This document shows positions 39,942-51,128 of a stretch of 61,987 bases of DNA, piece after piece. The notes under the pieces were generated by a model that searched no databases, was not told the origin of the DNA, and saw only the letters and a program-made list of their open reading frames with translations. Position numbers and translations under genes: made by a program. Location: NCBI GenBank assembly GCA_017397545.1, contig JAFQIK010000037.1, positions 1-61,987 of the forward strand. Direction: 5' to 3'. Numbering within the stretch: the stretch's first letter is position 1; every line of letters begins with the position of its first letter. The DNA is from Clostridia bacterium (lineage in GTDB: Bacteria > Bacillota > Clostridia > TANB77 > CAG-508).

Positions 39942-40430
39942 TTATTTTTTTACATATGTTATATATTCGTAATCGTAAGGATTTGCTTCGTTTTTTATCC
40001 CTTTTTCTTTAGATATTTCTTTCCATATGTCTTCTTTTATTTCTGGAAACCATACATCTCCTTCAAAACTTTGATTTATTTTTGTTATATACATTTTATT
40101 TGCATATGGCATAAGAAGTTTATATATAGTTGCTCCACCTATTACAAAACATTCTTCATCTGAATTTATATATTTATCTAATTTAGATATATCATCTAAA
40201 ACTTCAACATTTTCATTTTCTATATCCATTTCCATATCATTGCATAAAATAATATGTTTTCTATTTGGTAAAACCCTTCCTAAAGACTCAAAAGTTTTTC
40301 TTCCCATTATTATTTTATGTCCTGATGTTATTTCTTTAAATCTTTTTAAATCTTCTGGCAAATACCAAATCAATTGATTATCTTTTCCTATTACATTTTC
40401 ATTTGCAATTGCAACTATTATTGATAACAT
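39942..40430 (-). CDS. folA: dihydrofolate reductase
   Basis: start MLSIIVAIANENVIGKDNQLIW after GAAAGGAAAG; GRKTFESLG motif; the ORF-track extension to 40511 lacks support. Confidence 0.9.
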   Translation of the reverse strand: MLSIIVAIANENVIGKDNQLIWYLPEDLKRFKEITSGHKIIMGRKTFESLGRVLPNRKHIILCNDMEMDIENENVEVLDDISKLDKYINSDEECFVIGGATIYKLLMPYANKMYITKINQSFEGDVWFPEIKEDIWKEISKEKGIKNEANPYDYEYITYVKK

Positions 40431-40512
40431 ATTTATCTTTCCTTTCATTTTCAATCTATTTAATTTAATTCTAGTATAATGTTTTTTAGTGAACGCTGTA
40501 GGAACCGACAAC

Positions 40513-41304
40513 CTATACTGCTACATCCATTTTAATTTTTCCTAAATGCTTATAATCTATCAATTCTATATCTTCTGGTTTAAAATCGTAAAAATCTTTT
40601 ATTTCTGGGTTTATCCAAAGTTTTGGTGCAGGATAAGCTTGATTTCTTCTTGATAATTGTTCCTTCATTCCTTCTACTTGATTTTCATATATATGTGCAT
40701 TACTTATACATACAGTAAGCATTCCTGGTTTTAAATTTGTAACTTGTGCAAGTAAATGAATAAATACTGCGTATTGGGTTACATTAAATGGATGTCCCAA
40801 TGGTATATCGTTTGATCTTATTGTAAGCATACAATTCAATTTTGCATCTGTTACATCCCAACAACTATTAAATACACATGGATATAATGCTCCTGTATCT
40901 AAATAAGGTATTTGCCATAAATTTATTACCATTCTTCTATCTTGCGGATTTGTTTTTAATTGATTTATTAATTTATCTACTTGATTAAATTCTTTAACTA
41001 CCCAGCCATATGATGTTCCTATTGTTCCATCTTCCATTTCCCATTCATCCCATATATGAACGTTTTGTTCATGTAAATCGCTTATTTTGTTTGATTGTTT
41101 TTGAAATATCCATAATAATTCTTTTACCGCAGCTTTAAATGCTACAAATTTTGTTGTAAGTATTGGAAATTCTTCTTCTAAATTGAATTGTAGAATTTGA
41201 TGTGGTAATTTATATGTTGCTATTCCTGTTCTATTTTGATCATAATATCCTTTTGTTAATATTCTTTCTACTAGGTCTAAATATTGTTCATCATACTTGC
41301 TCAT
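40513..41304 (-). CDS. thyA: thymidylate synthase
   Basis: 263-aa ORF; ..[17 protein letters not shown].. and other ThyA motifs. Confidence 0.95.
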   Translation of the reverse strand: MSKYDEQYLDLVERILTKGYYDQNRTGIATYKLPHQILQFNLEEEFPILTTKFVAFKAAVKELLWIFQKQSNKISDLHEQNVHIWDEWEMEDGTIGTSYGWVVKEFNQVDKLINQLKTNPQDRRMVINLWQIPYLDTGALYPCVFNSCWDVTDAKLNCMLTIRSNDIPLGHPFNVTQYAVFIHLLAQVTNLKPGMLTVCISNAHIYENQVEGMKEQLSRRNQAYPAPKLWINPEIKDFYDFKPEDIELIDYKHLGKIKMDVAV

Positions 41305-41321
41305 ATTTTCCTCCTATTTTC

Positions 41322-41350
41322 AAAAAAACAGAACGGAAACAACTTCCGTC
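41322..41350 (-). terminator. intrinsic terminator of 41363..42214
   Basis: ACGGAA gttgt TTCCGT followed by TCTGTTTTTTT on the minus strand. Confidence 0.7.
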
Positions 41351-41362
41351 CTAATTTTATTA

Positions 41363-42214
41363 TTAATTTCTTTCTCCTCTACCTTCTGGAAGTGCTGGAA
41401 CATCTAATCTTACTCTTATTTTTGTTATATAAGATATTGTTCTAACTAATTTACTATTTTTAATTCTTTGCCATAATGAAGGTTTAACTTCAAATCTTGT
41501 TTCTTCATAATATGTATCTTCTACAGATTCTAATATAGATGTTTTTACTGTTTGCTCTTCTTTTACTTTCTCTTCTGTTGCAACTGGTGTTGGTATTCCT
41601 TTTAAGGCTTCTGCAACTTCTATTCCTATATAACTTAAAGCCTTACTTCTGTCTTCTATTCTTTCCATATCTATTTCTATATGTAAATTACTTTCTAAAT
41701 TAGAAACTCTAGCTTTTATTAATTTTACAGCATCATCAAAATTTGCTGGTTTTTTTGTTTTACATTTTCCAACTATAATTAAAGCTTCTACTATATCTTC
41801 TGAGATAACTGTGCTAATTTGTTTTACTCTGTTTTTCCATTCTTTATCCTTTGATTGAACTGCTTCAAATACTTCTTTTAATTCTGCTGCTTTTGATATA
41901 TTATTTTCTCTTTGTCTAATAAGTGTTTCTATTTGTTTTGTATTTTCTTCAAATTGATTTGTAGCGAACTCTACCAAACCATACGCAGCTTTATATACAC
42001 TGTATGGAAAATTTTTCTTTTTTGGATATTCTATTAAATATGTTTTTATCGAATCTATTAAATCCTTAAAGTACGCATCTTCTTCCAATTGTATAATTTG
42101 TTTTTTATTGTTTGGATTAATCATTTTTTGTACTTTATCGATATTTGATAAAATTTTTTCTTCTGTAATTATCATTTTTACGTTTACTATGCCTGGCTTA
42201 TGAAAAAAAAGCAC
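41363..42214 (-). CDS. hypothetical protein (GTG start after AGGAGGGGA)
   Basis: 283-aa ORF; no family recognised. Confidence 0.55.
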   Translation of the reverse strand: MLFFHKPGIVNVKMIITEEKILSNIDKVQKMINPNNKKQIIQLEEDAYFKDLIDSIKTYLIEYPKKKNFPYSVYKAAYGLVEFATNQFEENTKQIETLIRQRENNISKAAELKEVFEAVQSKDKEWKNRVKQISTVISEDIVEALIIVGKCKTKKPANFDDAVKLIKARVSNLESNLHIEIDMERIEDRSKALSYIGIEVAEALKGIPTPVATEEKVKEEQTVKTSILESVEDTYYEETRFEVKPSLWQRIKNSKLVRTISYITKIRVRLDVPALPEGRGERN

Positions 42215-42370
42215 CGTAAACTCCCCTCCTTTGTCCTAAGTAATTTATATAAGATGTTAATAGGACTTTTAATATCTTATATTCACTTTAGTAATATTTT
42301 AATATAATTTAAACTATTCTGTCAATAGAAATAATTTTATTTTTTAAAATGTAACATAATTGTAATATTT

Positions 42371-44242
42371 CTATTTATCTTTACTTATTTCCGCATGTCT
42401 TTTTATCTTCATTGTTGTTGTTTTTACGAACTCATCTTTTTTTATCTCTAAGTTTTTTATTGCCTTATATGATGTTAAACTATGGTTTACTTCTTTAATT
42501 CTTTCCCAAATTATATTGTATATTTGTTCTTCACTTAAATTTTTACCATATTTTTCTTCTATGTCCTCGTAGTTTGGAATTACTTTAACAGAAACAACTA
42601 ACTCTTTTTCGCCTTCTACTTCTTTTCCATATACCATACATTCTTTAATTTCTGATACATTTCCAAGCATTAATTCTATTTCTTCTGGATAAATATTTTT
42701 ACCATTTTGAGTTACTATTACATTTTTACTTCTTCCTGTAATAAATAAAAATCCTTCATTGTCTAAATATCCTACATCTCCTGAATAGAACCATCTATTT
42801 CCTTCTTCATCTATTTTTATTACTTCATCAGTTGCTTTTTGATCTTCGTAATATCCTATCATTAACGTTTCACTTTTTATTAAAATTTCTCCCTCTCCAT
42901 TTTCATTAGGATTATCTATTTTTAATTCGGCACAGGTAACCGCTCTTCCTGCAGAACCTATTTTTGTATCAAAATCTGGTGTTAACGCTGTAATAGGTGC
43001 TGTTTCTGTAAGTCCATAACCTTGCAGAAAACAAATTCCTATATCTTGAAGCCATTTTCCTACTTTTGCATCTATTGGAGCTGCTGCTGATACAACATAT
43101 TTTATATTTCCACCTAAGTTTTCGTAAATTTCAGAAAATACTTTTTTCTTTATATCTACTCCTACACTTTTCAAAGCATTTGTTACATGTATCATAGAAT
43201 TTACAAGTCCTGCTTTTCCACTTTTTTCAATAGTAGCATTAATCTTTTTATATAAACTTTCTATTAATAATGGCACTGCAAGCATTGCTGTTGGTTTAGT
43301 TTCTTTTAAATTTGGAACTATATATTTAAGTCCTTGACATACTGCAATAGAAGAACCTTTAGCAAGAGGTATTAAAAATCCTATTGTAGACTCGTATGTA
43401 TGATGTATAGGTAAAACTGAAAATAATCTATCTTCTTCTGTTAAATCAACATATGCACTTACTGCATTTATGTTTTCTGCTAAATTTCTATTACAAAGCA
43501 TAACACCTTTTGAATTAGATGTTGTACCAGAAGTAAATAACAGTACTTTAAATTCTTCTGGGTCTATTTCTATTTTTGTAAAAGAAGTATCTCCTTCTTT
43601 TATCATTTCTTTACCTTCGTTTAGTACTGTATTAAATCCAACTGTTCTTCCTACCAATTTTTCGTCTGAATACATTTGAATAAAATATTTAACTCTTGGC
43701 AAATCATCTTCCACTTTTTTAATTGCTTCTTTTTTCTTTGCAGAATATATTACTGCTGTTGCTTTTGAGCGTTCTATTACATTTTGAATTTCATTTGGTG
43801 GTAATTCTTTATCAACTGGAACAGCTATTCCTACACCACAAAGTATTGCCATATATGATAGATACCAATTATATGTAGTCTCTCCTATTATAACAATTCT
43901 TTCATCTTTTAAATTATATTTGTTTACAAGTGCAGTTCCTAAAGCTATTACATCATTTCCGAACTCTTTAAATGTTATTTCCTTAAATGCCTCTTTTGGA
44001 TTAAATTTTTCTAATATAAATGTTTTATCTGCAAATTTTTCTTGCGATCTTAAAAATACTTCTTTTATTGTTTTAAAATCAGATTGCTCATAATTTTTAT
44101 TTTTTCTTTTTTCTTCATTTTGTTTTTTAGTTATTGCTTCGTAATCAACTTTTACTTCATCTATATTTTCCACATTTTTCATTTTTAATTTCGGGAATTT
44201 AAAGTCTGGTATATTAAAGTCTTTTAATATTCTCATTTTCAT
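42371..44242 (-). CDS. AMP-dependent synthetase / long-chain fatty acid-CoA ligase
   Basis: 623-aa ORF; AMP-binding motif LFTSGTTSNSKGVML and GYGLTET. Confidence 0.85.
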   Translation of the reverse strand: MKMRILKDFNIPDFKFPKLKMKNVENIDEVKVDYEAITKKQNEEKRKNKNYEQSDFKTIKEVFLRSQEKFADKTFILEKFNPKEAFKEITFKEFGNDVIALGTALVNKYNLKDERIVIIGETTYNWYLSYMAILCGVGIAVPVDKELPPNEIQNVIERSKATAVIYSAKKKEAIKKVEDDLPRVKYFIQMYSDEKLVGRTVGFNTVLNEGKEMIKEGDTSFTKIEIDPEEFKVLLFTSGTTSNSKGVMLCNRNLAENINAVSAYVDLTEEDRLFSVLPIHHTYESTIGFLIPLAKGSSIAVCQGLKYIVPNLKETKPTAMLAVPLLIESLYKKINATIEKSGKAGLVNSMIHVTNALKSVGVDIKKKVFSEIYENLGGNIKYVVSAAAPIDAKVGKWLQDIGICFLQGYGLTETAPITALTPDFDTKIGSAGRAVTCAELKIDNPNENGEGEILIKSETLMIGYYEDQKATDEVIKIDEEGNRWFYSGDVGYLDNEGFLFITGRSKNVIVTQNGKNIYPEEIELMLGNVSEIKECMVYGKEVEGEKELVVSVKVIPNYEDIEEKYGKNLSEEQIYNIIWERIKEVNHSLTSYKAIKNLEIKKDEFVKTTTMKIKRHAEISKDK

Positions 44243-44301
44243 CTACTCCTTCAAAAATCATATTGGGTATTATATATTATTTTATTATTTTAATCAAGGT
44301 C

Positions 44302-46166
44302 TTATTTATCCATCATTATCTCTTTTATTATTTCTTCATTATTTAATTTATATTTTTCTTCTAGTTGTTCTAAGCTTCCATGTTCTACAAAACAATCGTC
44401 ATAGCCAAAAGTTTTTAATTTAACATTTTCTAAATATCTATTATTAACAGCTTCTAGAATTGCACTTCCGAAGTCCTCCCTTTATACTTCCATCTTCTAT
44501 TGTAACAACTCTTTTTGTTTTTTCTACAGATTTAAGTATAGTTTCTTCATCAAGTGGTTTTAAAAACCTTGCATTTATTACTTCTGCATTTATATTTTCT
44601 TTTTGCAATAATACTGATATTTCAAATGCTTTTTCTACCATTTTTCCAATAGCTACTATTGTAATATCTTTTCCTTCTTTTATAATTTCTGCTTTACCTA
44701 ATTCTATATTCTTGTTTTCTTTAAACTTTATTTTCCCATCTCCACCTCGTGGATATCTTATGGCTACTGGTTTGCTTAAATTAATTCCAAACTCCATCAT
44801 AGCCTCAAATTCTTCAAAATTTTTTGGTGCCATTATAACAAAATTAGGAATAGAACATAAAAATATCAAATCAAAAAGTCCTTGATGTGTTTCTCCGTCT
44901 GCCCCCACAATTCCAGCTCTATCTATACATATAGTAACTGGAAGTTTTTCTATTGCTACATCATGTATTAATTGATCATATCCCCTTTGTAAAAATGATG
45001 AATATACAGCAAATACTGGTTTTAACCCATCAGCTGCCATTCCAGCAATCAAACCGGACTGCATGTTGTTCAGCTATCCCTACATCAAAAAATCTATCTG
45101 GAAATTCTTTTGCAAAATCTTTTAACCCTGTTCCATCTTTCATAGCTGCCGTTATTGCAACTATTTTGTCATCTTTTTTTGCTAAATCTATTAATTTATC
45201 TCCGAACACTTTAGAATAGTCTTTATTACTTTTACTTAATGGCTCACCTGTTTCAATATTAAAACTAGAAATCCCATGAAATTTATCTGGATTTTCTTCT
45301 GCATATTTATATCCTTTTCCTTTTTTTGTACTTACATGTATTAAGACTGGACCTTCTATATGTTGGCTCTTGTTTAATACATTTTCTAATTCTTGTATGT
45401 CATGTCCATCAACTGGTCCTAAATATGTAAAACCTATATCTTCAAAATACATATTTGGAATAACAGTTTGTTTTATTCCTCTTTTTATTAAATGAGCGAA
45501 ATTTACAATTGTTTTACCTATAATTGGTACTTTATTAAAAAATCTTTTTACACAATTGTTTGATCTTGTATATGTTTTTTTTAGTCTTATTTTTGTAAGA
45601 AGGGAAGACATTCCTCCAACATTTTTAGATATACTCATTTCATTATCATTTAATATAACTATTATATTTGTTTTACTACTTCCTGCATCATTTAAAGCTT
45701 CTATTGCCATTCCACCTGTTAAAGAACCATCTCCAATTATAGCTATTACTTTATTGTTTTTATGTAATAAATCTCTTGCTCTTGCCATTCCTAATGCAAC
45801 AGATATAGATGTACTACTATGTCCTGTATCAAAATTATCATATTCTGATTCACAAACTTTAGGAAATCCAGATATTCCTCCAAACTGTCTTAAAGTTTTC
45901 ATTTGTTCTTTTCTACCAGTTAATATTTTATGGACGTATGCTTGATGTCCCACATCCCAAACGATCTTATCTTCTGGACAATTAAACACACTATGTATTG
46001 CAATTGTTAGCTCTACTACTCCTAAATTTGATGCTAAATGTCCTCCATTTTTTGATACTATTTCCAAAATATATTTTCTTATTTCTTCTGCTAATTGTTG
46101 TTTTTCTAGTAAATTCAATTTTTTTAAATCTTTAGGATAATTTACACTATCTAAAATTTTGTCCAT
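44302..46166 (-). CDS. dxs: 1-deoxy-D-xylulose-5-phosphate synthase; three ORF pieces joined by +1 shifts at CGG (45054..45056 and 44468..44470)
   Basis: 1865 nt = 621 codons + 2. ..[13 protein letters not shown] -> skip C at 45056 -> [28 protein letters not shown]..; ..IKGGL CGG -> skip C at 44470 -> [36 protein letters not shown] stop. Confidence 0.9.
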
Positions 46167-46272
46167 ATACTCACCTCAAACTATTGTATATCTTATCACA
46201 TAAATTTAATAATTGCAATTGAGAGGAAATTGGTCCGCCTCTTTTCCCCTCAATTCTTCTTTTTTCAATATA

Positions 46273-47538
46273 TTATCTAATTTCATTTTCTATATTTAAT
46301 AGTCTATTATATTTTGCAACCCTATCTGTTCTACATGGTGCGCCTGTTTTTATTTGAGCAGAATTTACAGCCACTGCAATATCTGCAATCATTGTATCTT
46401 CTGTTTCTCCAGAACGATGTGAAATTATTGTTTTATACCCATTATTTTTTGCAAGTTCTATTACATCTAAAGTTTCTGTTAATGTTCCTATTTGATTTGG
46501 CTTTATTAGTATTGTATTTGCTGACCTTTCCACTATTCCCCTCTTTAATCTTGTAATATTTGTTACAAATAAGTCATCTCCTACTATTTGTATTTTGTTT
46601 CCTAGACTTTTATTTAATTCAATCCAACCTTTCCAGTCCTCTTCTCCTAAAGCATCCTCTATTGAAATAATCGGATACTTGTTTATTAAATTTTCAAAAT
46701 ATTCAATCATTTCTTCTGTTGTTTTTAAATTTTCAGTTTTCCAAAAATAATATTCCCCTTCTTTACCTATTTTTAGCGCTTCTTGATACATTTCTGAAGC
46801 TGCAACATCTAAAGCCAAAGCAATTTCTTTCCCCGGCTTATATCCAGCTATCTCTATTGCCTCTACTATTAGTTTTATTGCTTCTTCATCATTTTCTAAA
46901 TCTGGTGCAAAACCTCCTTCATCTCCTACTGCTGTATTCATTTTCTTTTCTTTTAAAACTCTTTTTAATGTATGATATACTTTTACTCCCATTTCCATAC
47001 ATTCTGTAAAGTCTTTTGCTCCAACTGGTACTATCATAAATTCCTGAATATTTACAGTATTTCCAGCATGTTTTCCACCATTTAAAATATTCATCATTGG
47101 CACTGGTAACTTTTTAGCATTTACTCCTCCTAAATAATTGTATAAAGGAATATTTAAGTAATTGGCTGCAAGTTTTGCTATCGCAAGAGACACTCCAAGT
47201 GTAGCATTTGCACCTAGTTTTTGTTTATTCTCTGTTCCATCTAATTCAATCAACATTTTATCTAATTTATTTTGTTCCAAAGCATTCATTCCTTTTAAAG
47301 CTGGTCCTATAATTTTATTAACATTATCTACTGCTTTTTTTACACCTTTTCCTAAATATCTACTTTTATCATTATCTCTAAGTTCCACAGCTTCAAAACT
47401 TCCTGTAGAAGCACCTGATGGAACTATTGCTGTTCCACATATACCTTGTGCTTCTGCTTTAACCTGAACAGTAGGATTTCCTCTTGAATCCAAAACTTCT
47501 ATAGCCCATATTTTTTCTATTGCCAAATATTTTTTCAT
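46273..47538 (-). CDS. eno: enolase (phosphopyruvate hydratase)
   Basis: 421-aa ORF; [17 protein letters not shown] motif. Confidence 0.95.
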   Translation of the reverse strand: MKKYLAIEKIWAIEVLDSRGNPTVQVKAEAQGICGTAIVPSGASTGSFEAVELRDNDKSRYLGKGVKKAVDNVNKIIGPALKGMNALEQNKLDKMLIELDGTENKQKLGANATLGVSLAIAKLAANYLNIPLYNYLGGVNAKKLPVPMMNILNGGKHAGNTVNIQEFMIVPVGAKDFTECMEMGVKVYHTLKRVLKEKKMNTAVGDEGGFAPDLENDEEAIKLIVEAIEIAGYKPGKEIALALDVAASEMYQEALKIGKEGEYYFWKTENLKTTEEMIEYFENLINKYPIISIEDALGEEDWKGWIELNKSLGNKIQIVGDDLFVTNITRLKRGIVERSANTILIKPNQIGTLTETLDVIELAKNNGYKTIISHRSGETEDTMIADIAVAVNSAQIKTGAPCRTDRVAKYNRLLNIENEIR

Positions 47539-47550
47539 AACAAAAAACCT

Positions 47551-47580
47551 CCATACTACTAAATTATATTAGTAGTATGG
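47551..47580 (-). promoter_or_regulatory. 10-bp hairpin + U-run overlapping the eno Shine-Dalgarno sequence
   Basis: minus strand CCATACTACT aatataattt AGTAGTATGG AGG TTTTTTGTT ATG. Confidence 0.35.
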
Positions 47581-47766
47581 AAGTTTATGGCATTTTTTAT
47601 TCAAAAATATTTATCTATGTTTAATCAGTTGATTTTTATTGTTTCACTAAGCTTTTCTATTATATAATGAACATTAACGACTTTTTAAAATAAACAATAC
47701 AAATTTAGAAAAACTACTTGACACTAATGATTGAAAATGCTAAAATAAACATTGTCAAATAAATAT

Positions 47767-47850
47767 GCGGATGTGGCGGAACTGGCAGACGCGCTGGTCT
47801 TAGGAACCAGTACCAACGGTGTGGAGGTTCAAGTCCTCTCATCCGCACCA
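47767..47850 (+). tRNA. tRNA-Leu (anticodon TAG)
   Basis: GCGGATGTGGCGGAACTGGCAGACGCGCTGGTCTTAGGAACCAG..long variable arm..GGTTCAAGTCCTCTCATCCGCACCA. Confidence 0.9.
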
Positions 47851-47852
47851 AA

Positions 47853-47890
47853 AATGGTCAAACATTTTGTTTGACCATTTTTATTTTGTT
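47853..47890 (+). terminator. intrinsic terminator after tRNA-Leu
   Basis: AATGGTCAAAC atttt GTTTGACCATT TTTTATTTT. Confidence 0.8.
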
Positions 47891-47925
47891 ATTTCTCTAT
47901 GTTATTAAAATCTGTTTTACATAAT

Positions 47926-47960
47926 AAAAAGTCTCTGGATAAGTTTCCAAAGACTTTTTA
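47926..47960 (-). terminator. hairpin terminator downstream of the P-type ATPase gene
   Basis: AAAAGTCTCTGG ataagttt CCAAAGACTTTT. Confidence 0.65.
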
Positions 47961-47970
47961 TTATAAAATT

Positions 47971-50676
47971 TTATACTTCATCTTTTGTTGTATTTAATTT
48001 TAACAATTTTAATATCTCAACTATTACTACTGGAGCAAATACTAACAGAGCTACTTCTATTATATGCTCGGTTGGTAATAGTACTAAACCAAACACATTT
48101 CTTAATCCTGGTGTGAATAATATTATAAACATTAAAGCAGCTGATGCAAATGATGCTAAAATTAATTTGCTATTATTAAATATTCCTGTTTTAAATATTG
48201 ATTTTTTATTATCTCTTACATTATATACATGTACAAGTTCTGAAAGTGCTAATACGTAAAATGCCATTGTTTGACCTGTTTTTACTTTTTCAGTTTCACT
48301 TATTCCTTCTGTGCTTAATCCTATTATAAATGCTGCAAGTGTAAGTAATCCTATCATTACACCTTGATATACTATTCTCCAAGTCATTCCTTTTGTAAAT
48401 ATGCCTTTTTTAATATTTTTAAGTGGTTTTCTTTGCATTACATCTTTAGCCGCAGGGTCTACTGCAAGTGCAAGCGCTGGAAGCGAATCTGTTACTAAAT
48501 TTACCCATAATATGTGTATTGGAAGCAGAGCTTCTATTAATGCAATTTCAACTCCAAATGCATCTCCAAGTATTGGTGCTATTAACATTGCTGTAAACAA
48601 TAGTACTATCTCTCCTATATTACTTGATAATAAGAATTGTATCGCTTTTAGTATATTATCATATATTCTTCTTCCTTCTTCTACTGCTGATACAACTGTT
48701 GCAAAATTATCATCTGTTAATATTACATCTGCCGCTTCTTTTGAAACGTCCGTTCCAACTATACCCATAGCACAACCTATGTCTGCAATTTTAAGTGATG
48801 GTGCATCATTTACTCCATCTCCTGTCATTGCAACTATTTCTCCATTTGCTTGCCATGCTTTTACTATTCTTACTTTGTGTTCTGGTGAAACTCTAGCATA
48901 AACAGAATATTTTCTTACATTTTTAATTAAGTCTTCATCACTCATTTCTTCTAATTCTGTTCCTGTTATAGCTTCATCATCATTTTCTAATATTCCTAAA
49001 CTTTTTGCTATTGCTGTTGCTGTAATTTTGTGGTCTCCTGTAATCATTACTGTTTTTATTCCAGCTGATTTACATTTTGCAACTGCATCTTTTACTTCTA
49101 ATCTTGGTGGATCTATCATTCCAACCATACCTATATATGTTAAGTCAGATTCTAAATTTGCTTTATCATCCTCTGTAGGTTTATGGTCTAAAACTTTGTA
49201 TCCCATAGCTAAAACTCTTAATGCATTTTGAGCCATTTCCATGTTATATTTTCTAATTGTTTCTTTATAATTTTCTAAATCTTGTTTTATTTCTCCATCT
49301 AAAATATATGAATTACAATTAGCAAAAAGTTCATCGACTCCACCTTTTGTATAAACTATATATTTTCCATCTTCTTCATGCACTGTTGTCATTAATTTTC
49401 TATCTGAATCAAATGGTATTTCTTCAACTCTTGGAAACATTTCATATACAGACGGATCAAAATCCAGCTTAAATGCCATATCTACTAATGCAGTTTCAGT
49501 TGGATCTCCTGTAAGTTTATTATTGTCACCTATTTTTGTATCATTACATAGCATACTTGCATATACTAGTTTTTTTATATCTGTCATTTCTTTCGAATTA
49601 ACTAATTCTACTAGTTTCCCATCACAGAATACTTTTTCTACTGTCATTTTATTTTGTGTTAGTGTTCCCGTTTTATCAGAACAAATAACAGATGCACTTC
49701 CTAAAGTTTCTACTGCTGGAAGTTTTTTAACAATAGCATTTCTTTTTACCATTCTTTGAACACCTATTGCAAGTACTATTGTAAATACTGCTGGTAGTCC
49801 TTCTGGTATTGCTGCAACTGCTAAACTTACAGCTGTCATAAACATATGGATTGGCTCTTTGTTGTATAAAAATGTTCCTATTAAAAACATTATTGCACAT
49901 ATTACTAATGCAACTATACCTAATGTTTTTCCAAGTTTATTTAATTTTTGTTGTAGTGGTGTTCCTTGGTCTTCTGCAGTATTTATTATATCTGCTATTT
50001 TTCCTACTTCTGTATTCATTCCTGTTTCTACAACAAGTGCTTTTCCTCTACCATAAGTAATTAAGCTAGAAGAAAATAACATGTTTATTCTGTCACCAAT
50101 ACCTATTTTTTCATCATCTATTTTATCTGATTTTTTCTCTACTGGTACAGATTCTCCAGTTAAAGCTGCTTCTTGTGATTTTAAATTTATTGATTCTATT
50201 ATTCTTAAATCTGCTGGTACATAATCACCTGTATCTAATATCACAATATCACCTGGTACTAATTCCTTTGATGGAATAACTTCTAGTTTTCCATTTCTCA
50301 TAACTTTTGCCACATGTGAACTTAATTTTTGAAGAGCTTCTAATGATTTTTCTGCCTTATTCTCTTGTGCTACACCTATTATAGCATTTACAAATACAAC
50401 TAATAAAATAATTATTGTGTCTGTAATACCTTCTCCTTCCGCTACTCCAACTATTCCTGAAATAATTGCAGAAATAATTAAAACTATTATCATAAAATCT
50501 TTAAACTGCTCTAAAAATTTTACAAATAAGCTCTTTTTCTTTTTTGCCTTTAATTCGTTTAGTCCATATTCTTCTTGTCTTTTTTTGATTTCTTCTGTAG
50601 ATAACCCTTTTTCTACATTTGTTTTTAAATTAGATATTGTTTCATCTACTGTTTTGTTAAACCAATTTGTTGCCAT
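47971..50676 (-). CDS. P-type (type II, Ca2+/Mn2+-transporting) cation ATPase
   Basis: 901-aa ORF; CSDKTGTLTQN phosphorylation site, MTGDGVNDAPSLK, PEGLP. Confidence 0.9.
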   Translation of the reverse strand: MATNWFNKTVDETISNLKTNVEKGLSTEEIKKRQEEYGLNELKAKKKKSLFVKFLEQFKDFMIIVLIISAIISGIVGVAEGEGITDTIIILLVVFVNAIIGVAQENKAEKSLEALQKLSSHVAKVMRNGKLEVIPSKELVPGDIVILDTGDYVPADLRIIESINLKSQEAALTGESVPVEKKSDKIDDEKIGIGDRINMLFSSSLITYGRGKALVVETGMNTEVGKIADIINTAEDQGTPLQQKLNKLGKTLGIVALVICAIMFLIGTFLYNKEPIHMFMTAVSLAVAAIPEGLPAVFTIVLAIGVQRMVKRNAIVKKLPAVETLGSASVICSDKTGTLTQNKMTVEKVFCDGKLVELVNSKEMTDIKKLVYASMLCNDTKIGDNNKLTGDPTETALVDMAFKLDFDPSVYEMFPRVEEIPFDSDRKLMTTVHEEDGKYIVYTKGGVDELFANCNSYILDGEIKQDLENYKETIRKYNMEMAQNALRVLAMGYKVLDHKPTEDDKANLESDLTYIGMVGMIDPPRLEVKDAVAKCKSAGIKTVMITGDHKITATAIAKSLGILENDDEAITGTELEEMSDEDLIKNVRKYSVYARVSPEHKVRIVKAWQANGEIVAMTGDGVNDAPSLKIADIGCAMGIVGTDVSKEAADVILTDDNFATVVSAVEEGRRIYDNILKAIQFLLSSNIGEIVLLFTAMLIAPILGDAFGVEIALIEALLPIHILWVNLVTDSLPALALAVDPAAKDVMQRKPLKNIKKGIFTKGMTWRIVYQGVMIGLLTLAAFIIGLSTEGISETEKVKTGQTMAFYVLALSELVHVYNVRDNKKSIFKTGIFNNSKLILASFASAALMFIILFTPGLRNVFGLVLLPTEHIIEVALLVFAPVVIVEILKLLKLNTTKDEV

Positions 50677-50833
50677 TTAAATTTCCTCCTTCAAAATTTG
50701 CGAAGAGCAATTTTTGTACTATTCACTATTAATTCTTCACTCTTCATTATTAATTAAAATTTAAAGCTTCTTTTATGCTGTTAAAATCTTTATCACCGTT
50801 AAGAACTATCTATATCATATCACTCATTAAATT

Positions 50834-50950
50834 AAAAAGACTTTTAAAGAAACCCTATAGTTTCTTCAAAAGTCTTGCTTACCATTTAGGCTTACTAACC
50901 AGTTAATAACGCGTATGTTGATTAGTAAATTCCAAGCTACTCCCTTTCAA
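50834..50950 (-). promoter_or_regulatory. yybP-ykoY (Mn2+-responsive) riboswitch with terminator expression platform
   Basis: minus strand GAAAGGGAGUAGC...AUCAACAUACG...GGUAAGCAAGAC followed by AAGACUUUUGAAGAAAC uauag GGUUUCUUUAAAAGUCUU UUU; conserved GGGAGUAGC / ACAUA / AGCAAGAC blocks as recalled for this class. Confidence 0.65.
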
Positions 50951-51069
50951 AATTTCGAAGAAATTTTGTACTCTTCATTATTCACTTTTCACTCTTAACT
51001 ATATTAAGTATAATATAGTTTTTGCATATTTTTGTCAAGATATTTTTAATGTTTTTTGCTCTAGTATCC

Positions 51070-51104
51070 CTTCGAAGAGCGGGCGACTACTAGTCGCCCC
51101 TACA
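51070..51104. repeat. REP-like element downstream of the hydrolase gene
   Basis: CTTCGAAGAGCGGGCGACTACTAGTCGCCCCTACA, identical to 21308..21342. Confidence 0.85.
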
Positions 51105-51128
51105 TTTACTCTACACTTTTATATTTTG

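Noticed and set aside
40431-40511. N-terminal ORF-track extensions: folA to 40511, permease to 24032, sigma to 27216, zinc-ribbon protein to 28367, GNAT to 18992
   Set aside because: Internal ATGs with proper RBSs and conserved N-termini are better starts. The extensions overlap upstream genes or begin at weak TTG/GTG codons.
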